Source: Planctomycetota bacterium (lineage in GTDB: Bacteria; Planctomycetota; PLA2; JAEUHO01). From it: a stretch of 64,000 nt of DNA. The notes beneath the pieces were generated by a model, which did no database searches, was not told the origin of the DNA, and saw only the letters and a program-made list of their open reading frames with translations. This document shows, one piece after another, positions 57,073 through 64,000 of this stretch. Position 1 is the stretch's first letter. Every line of letters starts with the position of its first letter. Both the position numbers and the translations under genes were made by a program. Location: positions 128,001 to 192,000 of the forward strand of contig JBFWRP010000005.1 of the NCBI GenBank assembly GCA_050248855.1. Direction: 5' to 3'.

Positions 57073-58875
57073 TCAGCGGGCGCGGTCCAGCGCGGCTCGC
57101 TCGCCGGTCTGGACGCGCCAGAGCGCGGCGTACACGCCGTCGTGCTCCAGGAGCTCCTCGTGCGTGCCGGCCTCCACGGCCCTGCCTTCGAGCAGGGCGT
57201 GGATGCGATGCGCGTTGCGCACGGTGCTCAAGCGGTGGGCGATGACGATCGTGGTGCGCCCCACGCTGATGCGGTCGAGCGAGCGCTGGATGGCGGCCTC
57301 GGTCTCGTTGTCGACCGACGACGTGGCTTCGTCGAGCACGAGGATCGGCGGGTCCTTCAGCACGGCCCGGGCGAGCGAGATGCGCTGACGCTGACCGCCG
57401 GACAGCTTCTGGCCCCGCTCGCCGACGATCGTGTCGTAGCCCTGGGGCAAGGACGCGATGAAGGCGTGCGCCTCCGCGGCACGGGCTGCGGCCTCGATCT
57501 CGGCAGGCGATGCCTCGGGACGGCCGTAGGCGATGTTCTCGCGCACGCTGCCGTGGAAGAGGTAGACGTCCTGGCTGACCAGCCCGATCGCCCGGCGCAA
57601 GTCGCCGAGGTCGAGCTCGCGGACGTCGTGCCCATCGAGCGTGACGCGCCCCGAGCTCACGTCGTAGAAGCGCAGGAGCAGCTTGACGAGCGTGGTCTTG
57701 CCGGAGCCGGTAGGCCCGACGACGGCCGTCGTCTTGCCCGGTTCGAACACGAGGTCGAGGTCCCGCAACACGGCCTCGCGGCCCTCGCCGTAGGCGAAGC
57801 TCACGTCCTCGAGCGCCACGCGACCGGCGACCTCTTCCGTGGGCAGCCGACGCCCACCCCCCACGATGCGCGCAGGGCGGTCGATGAGCGCGAACACGCG
57901 GTTGGCCGACGCCATCGCCCGTTGGTAGAGGTCGAACGTCTCCCCGAGCCGCGTCAGCGGCCACAGCAAGCGCTGGGTGAGGAAGGCCATGAGGCTGAAC
58001 GTGGCCACGGAGAGCCGGCCCTCGAAGGCCATCCAGCCGCCCCAGACGAGCGTGGCCGTGAAGCCGACCAGGATCACCATGCGGATCAGCGGCGTGAACG
58101 CGGCCGACAGGCGGATCGCGCGGCGGTTCACCTCGCGGTAGCGATCGCTTTCCCGGACCAGCCGCTCGACCTCGTGGCCCTCGCGCACGTAGCTCTTGAT
58201 CGTGGCCATGCCGCCCAGGTTGTTGGCGAGCAGGTGGTTGACGTGGCCGACTTGGCGGCGGACCTCCTCGTAGCGCGGCGCGATGCGCTTCTGGAAGCGG
58301 AACGAGCCCCAGAGCACGAGCGGGACGGGCAGCATGGCGATCCAGGCCACTTGCGGTGACAAGGCGAAGAACACCGCCGTGATCACGATCGTCGTGGTCA
58401 GCGTCTGGAGGACGGCGTCGGCGCCGCCGTCCAGGAACCTCTCGAGCTGGTTCACGTCGTCGTTGAGCACGGCCATGAGCCCGCCGGTGCTCTCGTCCTC
58501 GAACCACGCCATCTCGAGGTCTTGGACGTGCGCGTACGCATCGCGGCGCAGGCCGTGCTGCACGGTCTGGGCCAGGTTTCGCCAGCCCACGTCGCCGATG
58601 TACTGGAACCACGACTCGAGCACCCACGTGATGACCGTGACGGCCGTGAGCACGAAGAACTGCTGCCGGGCGTCCTCGATGCCGAGCCACGCCCCCACGA
58701 CGTTGGTCTCGGGCCGCGTGACGATGTCCACGGCCAGGCCGATCAGGAACGGCGGCGCGAGGTCGAAGATCTTCTTGAGGATCGACCAGGAGATCGCGCG
58801 GCGCACGGCCCCGCGGTGGCCCTCCGTGTAGCGCCAGAGCCGCGCGAGCGGACCGGACGGGGCCTTCGCTGCCAT
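57073..58875 (-). CDS. ABC exporter, fused permease/ATPase (MsbA-like)
   Basis: TM domain followed by [45 protein letters not shown]. Confidence 0.93.
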   Translation of the reverse strand: MAAKAPSGPLARLWRYTEGHRGAVRRAISWSILKKIFDLAPPFLIGLAVDIVTRPETNVVGAWLGIEDARQQFFVLTAVTVITWVLESWFQYIGDVGWRNLAQTVQHGLRRDAYAHVQDLEMAWFEDESTGGLMAVLNDDVNQLERFLDGGADAVLQTLTTTIVITAVFFALSPQVAWIAMLPVPLVLWGSFRFQKRIAPRYEEVRRQVGHVNHLLANNLGGMATIKSYVREGHEVERLVRESDRYREVNRRAIRLSAAFTPLIRMVILVGFTATLVWGGWMAFEGRLSVATFSLMAFLTQRLLWPLTRLGETFDLYQRAMASANRVFALIDRPARIVGGGRRLPTEEVAGRVALEDVSFAYGEGREAVLRDLDLVFEPGKTTAVVGPTGSGKTTLVKLLLRFYDVSSGRVTLDGHDVRELDLGDLRRAIGLVSQDVYLFHGSVRENIAYGRPEASPAEIEAAARAAEAHAFIASLPQGYDTIVGERGQKLSGGQRQRISLARAVLKDPPILVLDEATSSVDNETEAAIQRSLDRISVGRTTIVIAHRLSTVRNAHRIHALLEGRAVEAGTHEELLEHDGVYAALWRVQTGERAALDRAR

Positions 58876-58883
58876 GGCGCTCC

Positions 58884-59234
58884 TCACCGCACGAACCAGA
58901 CCCGGCGGATCTCGGCGCCCTCGCCCTCGTAGATGGCCAGGGCGCGGACGACGCCGCCCTCGGGATCGAGGCCGTGGACCTCTTCCTCGTCGGTCACGAA
59001 GCGTCCGTGCACCGCGCGGTGCACGATATCCGCGTGCAAGTCGGGGCGCGCCGCGAACATCGGCCCGTAGCGCTCGACGAGCTGGGCCCTGCCGCGGACG
59101 AACGGCTCGGCCTCCCCCAGGCGGTAGAGCTCGACGTCGGCGGCGAACCACGCCGCGAAGGCCACGACGTCGCGTGCGTTGTAGGCGCGCAGCTGCCCCT
59201 CGACGGCCTCGAGCGGCCCGACCGGTTCGCTCAT
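58884..59234 (-). CDS. SnoaL/NTF2-like protein
   Basis: VE.QL.AYNARD..AF...FA.DV...GR......Y..F...P.LHA.I..R...G.FV.D.E.V...AIYE...I.RVWF. Confidence 0.85.
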   Translation of the reverse strand: MSEPVGPLEAVEGQLRAYNARDVVAFAAWFAADVELYRLGEAEPFVRGRAQLVERYGPMFAARPDLHADIVHRAVHGRFVTDEEEVHGLDPEGGVVRALAIYEGEGAEIRRVWFVR

Positions 59235-60157
59235 CGGCGGCTCTTGCGCCCGTTCGCCGGGACGAGGCCCGCGTGGAACGCCCGGCCCGCGGGGCTCATC
59301 CGCTCGGCCTCGCGCGCCACGAGGTGGAACGTGCGGTCCAAGGACACGCCCTCCAGCTCGATGGCCACGAGGGTCTTGGCGGCCAAGTCGTCCTCGACGG
59401 CCAGGTCGGAGATGATCGCGGCGCCCAGGCCCGCACGCACGGCCGCCTTGACGGCCTCCGTGCTGCCGACGCGACAGGCCGTCGGCGTGTCGGCCGGGAG
59501 ACCGGCCTTCGCCAAGGCGGCGTCGATGGCCGCCTGGGTACCGCTGCCCGACTCCCGGCGCACCATGGGCACGTCCGCCAGCCTGGCGACGGGGAGGGAG
59601 CGTTCCTTCGCCAGCCTGTGCCCCGGCGCCACGACGAGGTGCAACGTGTCACCGCCGAAGGGCGAGACCGAGAGCCCGCTCGCGTCGTCGGGCGGTGCAC
59701 CGACGATGCCGACGTCGACGTCGCCGCCGCGGATACGCGCCACGATGTCGGCGCTGTCGCCGGTGTGCACCGTGATCTCCACGTCGGGATGCTCGGCGTG
59801 GAACGCGGCCAGGTGCTTGGGCAGGACGTAGACGGCGGGAATCGTGCTGCCGCCCACGTGCAGGTGGCCGCGCAAGAGCCCCACGATCTGTTCGGCCGCA
59901 TGGCGGGCGTTGCGCTCGGCACGTAGCGCCTCGCGGGCGGGCACGAGGAGGATGTCGCCCGCCTCGGTCGGCATCGTGCCGGCACGGTCCCGCTCGACCA
60001 GCCGCACCCCCAGCCGCCGCTCGAGGTCGGCCATGTGGCCGCTCACCGTGGACTGGCTGAGTCCCAAGTGCCGGGCGGCGCGGGTGAAGGAGCCCTGCTC
60101 GACGAGGGCCACGAAGACCTCGAGCTGGCGGATCGAGAGGGGGTCGGTCGCAGCCAT
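59231..60157 (-). CDS. LysR-family regulator, CysL-like (resembles the selenium-metabolism-associated LysR type)
   Basis: HTH RQLEVF...[55 protein letters not shown]. Confidence 0.88.
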   Translation of the reverse strand: MAATDPLSIRQLEVFVALVEQGSFTRAARHLGLSQSTVSGHMADLERRLGVRLVERDRAGTMPTEAGDILLVPAREALRAERNARHAAEQIVGLLRGHLHVGGSTIPAVYVLPKHLAAFHAEHPDVEITVHTGDSADIVARIRGGDVDVGIVGAPPDDASGLSVSPFGGDTLHLVVAPGHRLAKERSLPVARLADVPMVRRESGSGTQAAIDAALAKAGLPADTPTACRVGSTEAVKAAVRAGLGAAIISDLAVEDDLAAKTLVAIELEGVSLDRTFHLVAREAERMSPAGRAFHAGLVPANGRKSRR

Positions 60158-60241
60158 GGGACCTCCGGTCTGGATGCTGGGCCCTGCGGGGGCTTCCCCC
60201 CCATCAGCCCCCGCGCTAGCATCCTCCCGCAACGGCGATAG

Positions 60242-60266
60242 ATTCAATCGTTTTTCCCGATTGAAT
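60242..60266. promoter_or_regulatory. LysR-type operator (T-N11-A) between the regulator and the transporter operon
   Basis: Perfect inverted repeat ATTCAATCG-N7-CGATTGAAT containing ATC-N9-GAT, within an AT-rich patch. Confidence 0.75.
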
Positions 60267-60290
60267 GACGCTTTTCACCCGGAGGAACCG

Positions 60291-61214
60291 ATGCCCCGTC
60301 TCCACGCCCTGATTCTCGGCCTTGCCGCACTGGCCCTCGTGGTGCCCGGCTGTGGCCAGGACGACGCTACCACGCCGGGGGCCGGCGGCGGTGGCTCCCC
60401 CGCGGCCAAGCCCACGCTCGTTTTCAGCGCGATTCCCTCGACGACGGACCAGACCGCCTACGAGGCCAAGTTCGGCAAGGTCGCCGAGTGGCTCTCCGAG
60501 CGCCTGGGCGTGCCGGTCAAGTACCAGCACTCCGCCGACTACTCGCAGTCGGTCGAGGCGTTCGTCAGCGGCGACGTGCTCTTCGCTTGGTTCGGCGGCC
60601 TCACGGGGGCGCAGGCCCGTCATCGCGTGAGCGGCGCGCACGCCATCGCGCAAGGCAAGGAAGATCCTGAGTACTACTCGTACTTCATCGCGCACAAGGA
60701 CACGGGCCTCGAGCGCAGCGACGACTTCCCCACGGGCATCGAGGGCAAGTCCTTCACGTTCGGTAGCCGCGACTCCACGTCGGGGCGCCTGATGCCCGAG
60801 CATTTCATCCGTACGCTCGGCGGCAAGGCGCCCGAGGAGTACTTCGCCGAGGTGCGCTTCAGCGGTGGCCACAACACGACGGCGCTGCAAGTGAACTCTG
60901 GCGCCGTGCAGGTTGGCGCGCTCAGCTACACGACGTACGACAAGATGGCGGCCAAGGGCGAGATCGACCCCGACGTGGCGCGCATCATCTGGAAGACGCC
61001 CTACTACGCCGACTACAACATCACGGCGCATCCGGACCTGGAGAAGGTGTACGGCGCCGGCTTCACGAAAAAGCTGCAGAAGGCGCTCGTCGACATGCCC
61101 TCGGAGCTGGTGACGCCGGCCTTCGAGCGCGAGACCCTGATCGAGGCCAAGGACGAGGACTTCGCGGCCATCGTCGAGCTGGCCGCGCAGCTGGGCTTCC
61201 TGGACTCCAAATAG
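60291..61214 (+). CDS. PhnD-like periplasmic binding lipoprotein, putative selenate-transporter clade
   Basis: Lipobox VPGC; FSAIP, DY..SVEAF, AWFGGLTG.QAR, AIAQG.ED, FTFGS..STSGRLMPE, FSG.H, W.TP.Y.DY. Recognised as similar to the TIGR04553 clade (not searched). Confidence 0.75.
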   Translation: MPRLHALILGLAALALVVPGCGQDDATTPGAGGGGSPAAKPTLVFSAIPSTTDQTAYEAKFGKVAEWLSERLGVPVKYQHSADYSQSVEAFVSGDVLFAWFGGLTGAQARHRVSGAHAIAQGKEDPEYYSYFIAHKDTGLERSDDFPTGIEGKSFTFGSRDSTSGRLMPEHFIRTLGGKAPEEYFAEVRFSGGHNTTALQVNSGAVQVGALSYTTYDKMAAKGEIDPDVARIIWKTPYYADYNITAHPDLEKVYGAGFTKKLQKALVDMPSELVTPAFERETLIEAKDEDFAAIVELAAQLGFLDSK

Positions 61215-61246
61215 GTCGCGGTCAGGGCCCCGAGGAGCGCGGACGC

Positions 61247-62026
61247 GTGGCAGGACTGGACTTCCGCCTCCACGGGGCCTCCGTGCGGTTCGCGAGCCTG
61301 CCCGCGCTCTCGGACGTCGACCTCGCCATCTCGGCCGGGGAGCGTGTCGCGCTCCTCGGCCCCAGCGGATCGGGCAAGAGCACGCTGCTGCGGCTCCTGA
61401 ACGGCACGCAGCGGCCCGTGGCGGGCCGTGTCGAGGTGGCAGGGCGCGATCTCGCCACGCTCGGACGCGGCCGGCTGCGCGCGCTGCGCGCGCGAATCGG
61501 TTTCGTGCACCAGCAGCTGGACCTCGTACCGAACCTGCGCGTGGCGCAGAACGTGCTGGCCGGCCGGCTGGGGAACACGGGCTTCTTCGGCGCGCTGCGT
61601 CTCCTGCTGCACGCGCCACGCCGCGATCTCGAAGCCGCGTGGCGCGTGCTCGAGCGCGTCGGCATCGGCGAGAAGCTGTTCGAGCGCACGGACAAGCTGT
61701 CCGGCGGCCAGCAGCAGCGCGTCGCGCTGGCGCGGGCGCTCTTCCAACAGCCCGATGCCCTCCTGGCGGACGAGCCCGTCTCCAGCGTCGACCCGGCGCG
61801 GGCGCGCGACACGATCGAGCTGTTGACCTCGATCTCGCGCGAAGAGGGCCTCACGCTGGTCGCGAGCCTCCACGACGCCGAGCTTGCGCGCTCGAGCTTC
61901 GACCGTCTGGTCGCCTTGCGCAGCGGCCGCATCGTGTTCGATCGTCCCGCCGACGACGTCCTGGACGGCGACATGGAGACGCTCTACCGCTTGTCGGCCG
62001 CGGAGATGCTGGCCGATGGCGCCTGA
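61247..62026 (+). CDS. PhnC-like ABC ATP-binding protein
   Basis: GPSGSGKSTLLR, NVLAGRLG, LSGGQQQRVALARAL, LADEPVSSVDP, SLHD. Confidence 0.9.
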   Translation: MAGLDFRLHGASVRFASLPALSDVDLAISAGERVALLGPSGSGKSTLLRLLNGTQRPVAGRVEVAGRDLATLGRGRLRALRARIGFVHQQLDLVPNLRVAQNVLAGRLGNTGFFGALRLLLHAPRRDLEAAWRVLERVGIGEKLFERTDKLSGGQQQRVALARALFQQPDALLADEPVSSVDPARARDTIELLTSISREEGLTLVASLHDAELARSSFDRLVALRSGRIVFDRPADDVLDGDMETLYRLSAAEMLADGA

Positions 62027-62894
62027 GCGCCTGAGGCGGCCCTGGCCGGACGCGCGCGCGTGGGTCCTGCTCGGACTCGTGCTCGCCGCGGTCGCCTCGT
62101 GGTGGCAGCTCGGTCTCTCCCCGGGCGACGTCGTCCCCGACGGGCCCGGCTGGCAGCTGGCCGAGCGCTTCGTGGGGCGTGCCTTCTCGCCCGCCTTCGA
62201 GCACGAGGGTGAGCTCATCGAGGGCCGCCCGAGCGTCGTCGCCGAAGCCTTCGAAGCCCTCGGTCGCACCGTGCTCCTCGCGGCCCTCGCCATGGGCATC
62301 GCCATCGTCGGGGGCATCGTCCTGGGCTTCTTCGCCACCCAAGCGTGGTGGATCGAGGAGCCGCCGGGCGGTCGCACGCGCGTCGGGCGCTTCCTGCGCG
62401 CCACGGTGCTGCCCGTCACGTGGTTCGTGGCGCGCACCGTGGCCACGCTGTTGCGCTCGATCCACGAGCTGCTCTGGGCCGTGCTGTTCCTCGTATCGAT
62501 CGGCCTGACCGAGCTGTCGGGCGTGCTCGCCCTGGCGCTGCCCTACATGGGGATCCTCGCCAAGATCTTCGCGGAGATGGTGGACGAAGCGCCTCGCGCC
62601 CCGGCCCGCGCGCTGCAGGCGAGCGGTGCCAGCGGGCTTGCCACCTTCGCCGTGGCCCTCGTGCCGCAAGCCCTGCCCGACATGCTGGCCTATACCTTCT
62701 ACCGCTTCGAGTGCGCGCTGCGCTCGTCGGCGGTGCTCGGCTTCTTCGGCATCAAGACCATCGGCTACTTGGTCAAGCAGTCGTTCCAGAGCCACTACTA
62801 CGGTGAGGTCTGGACCTACCTCTACGTGCTCATGGCGACGATCCTCGTGTTCGACGCCTGGAGCGGCGCCGTCCGGCGGAGGCTCGTCGCATGA
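62016..62894 (+). CDS. PhnE-like ABC permease
   Basis: RSIHELLWA, GVLALALPY.GILAKIFAE, YTFYRFECALRSSAVLGF. Confidence 0.88.
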   Translation: MAPERLRRPWPDARAWVLLGLVLAAVASWWQLGLSPGDVVPDGPGWQLAERFVGRAFSPAFEHEGELIEGRPSVVAEAFEALGRTVLLAALAMGIAIVGGIVLGFFATQAWWIEEPPGGRTRVGRFLRATVLPVTWFVARTVATLLRSIHELLWAVLFLVSIGLTELSGVLALALPYMGILAKIFAEMVDEAPRAPARALQASGASGLATFAVALVPQALPDMLAYTFYRFECALRSSAVLGFFGIKTIGYLVKQSFQSHYYGEVWTYLYVLMATILVFDAWSGAVRRRLVA

Positions 62895-63829
62895 CGACGC
62901 ACGCCGCTCACCGACCGGCCCGCGAAGCGGTGCGCGCGCTCCACGCGGCGCGACCTCGGTCGTGGTTCGTGCGCGGCAGCCTCGCGGCCTTCACGCTCCT
63001 GCTCGTGGTGGCCCCCCTCGTGGCGGACCTGGACACCGGCAGCCGCAGCCCCGAGCGCCGCCGCGCCAACCTCGAGCGCTTCGCCCGCGAGATCCGCCCG
63101 GCCCCCGTGCGCGACGGCGAGTTCGACCTCGGCAAGGTCGCTGCCTGGGCCGGCGAGCGGATGGGCGAAGGCGGCGGCGCGGAGGCGACGGCCACGACCG
63201 CCGCCATCTCGATCCTGGCGATCGTGCTGGCCGGCTTCTTCGGGGCGCTGCTCGCCGTGTTCGCCGCGCGCAACCTGATGGCGCCGGCTCCCTTCGGCCT
63301 GACGTCGTGGCAGCCCGGCCCCCTGCGCCGCCTGGCGAGCGGCCTCGTGATCGGCGGAACGCGCTTCGTGCTGGTGCTGCTGCGCTGCCTGCCGGAGTAC
63401 CTGCTCGCGTTCCTGTTCCTGGCCATCTTCGGGTTCACGGCGTGGCCGGCCGTGCTGGCCCTGGCCGTCCACAACACGGGCATCCTCGGGCGCCTTGACG
63501 CCGAGGCCATCGAGAACGTCGACGCCAAGCCGGCCCGGGCCTTGCGCGACCTGGGCGGCGGTCGCTACACGCTCGCGGCCGCCGCGGTCTTTCCCGCCGT
63601 GCTGCCGCGCGGACTGCTCTACCTCTTCTACCGCTGGGAGACCTGCGTTCGCGAGGCCACCGTGCTGGGCCTGCTCAACATCCCGTCGCTCGGCCTGCTC
63701 ATCGAGGACAGCAAGTCGCGCATGCGCCAAGACGACCTGCTCTTCTACGTCCTCGTGGCCGCGGCCCTCGTGCTGGTCGGCGACCTGGTCTCCTCGTGGC
63801 TCCGGCACCTCGTACGTCGCGCGTCGTAG
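62891..63829 (+). CDS. Second PhnE-like ABC permease
   Basis: R.LPEY.LAF, AVLALAVHNTGILGRL.AE, YRWETCVREATVLG; ATGA overlap. Confidence 0.88.
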   Translation: MTTHAAHRPAREAVRALHAARPRSWFVRGSLAAFTLLLVVAPLVADLDTGSRSPERRRANLERFAREIRPAPVRDGEFDLGKVAAWAGERMGEGGGAEATATTAAISILAIVLAGFFGALLAVFAARNLMAPAPFGLTSWQPGPLRRLASGLVIGGTRFVLVLLRCLPEYLLAFLFLAIFGFTAWPAVLALAVHNTGILGRLDAEAIENVDAKPARALRDLGGGRYTLAAAAVFPAVLPRGLLYLFYRWETCVREATVLGLLNIPSLGLLIEDSKSRMRQDDLLFYVLVAAALVLVGDLVSSWLRHLVRRAS

Positions 63830-63858
63830 GGGCCCGCGCGGTTCGCGGACGTAGGCTG

Positions 63859-64000
63859 ATGCCCTCGATGCACCCCGCCGCCCTGGACGACGACGCCTTG
63901 CTGGCCACGTGCGAGCTCTCCAAGACCCGCCGCAGCGGGCCGGGCGGCCAGCACCGCAACAAGGTCGAGACCGCGGTCGTCATCCGCCACCTGCCCAGCG
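63859..64000 (+). CDS. RF-1 domain (GGQ) peptide-chain-release-factor-like protein, partial
   Basis: Hand translation: MPSMHPAALDDDALLATCELSKTRRSGPGGQHRNKVETAVVIRHLPS, running off the window; not in the ORF track. Confidence 0.85.
   Translation, partial: MPSMHPAALDDDALLATCELSKTRRSGPGGQHRNKVETAVVIRHLPS

Noticed and set aside
60291..63829. Phosphonate utilisation (phn) operon
   Set aside because: No C-P lyase, phosphonatase or ptxD genes in the window; the SBP motifs and CysL-like regulator fit the putative selenate clade better, so phn gene symbols were withheld.

Overview
High-GC bacterial chromosome segment, probably Planctomycetota-like (inference from gene content). It holds about 55 protein genes; I found no rRNA, tRNA or CRISPR array. 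Housekeeping content: feoAB, a propionyl-CoA carboxylase/mce cluster, pdxH, ispH, an oligopeptide ABC permease/SBP set, fumC, a DAACS symporter, a tricorn protease, bactofilins and an ABC exporter. Three signals stand out. (1) Two tandem paralogous secreted thioredoxin-like genes (50517-51281 and 51577-52425, minus strand) each carry an in-frame UGA just after the signal-peptide cleavage site (AG-UGA-C), followed by a SECIS-like hairpin. They are probable unannotated selenoproteins that the ORF track truncates, and lie about 7-8 kb from a LysR regulator and a putative selenate ABC transporter. (2) A DUF222-like/HNH endonuclease is fused to a complete RuvB motor and carries five copies of a 14-bp palindrome in its linker; an orphan Vsr endonuclease lies downstream, separated by a 212-bp IS66-type MITE with an 8-bp target duplication. 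(3) A TPR/SLOG/class III cyclase is divergently paired with a tandem cNMP-binding protein, next to YbjN-like and TIR-FGE genes. Several genes also look leaderless (TANNNT 6-8 nt before the start codon). All family assignments come from motif recognition by eye; no database search was run.
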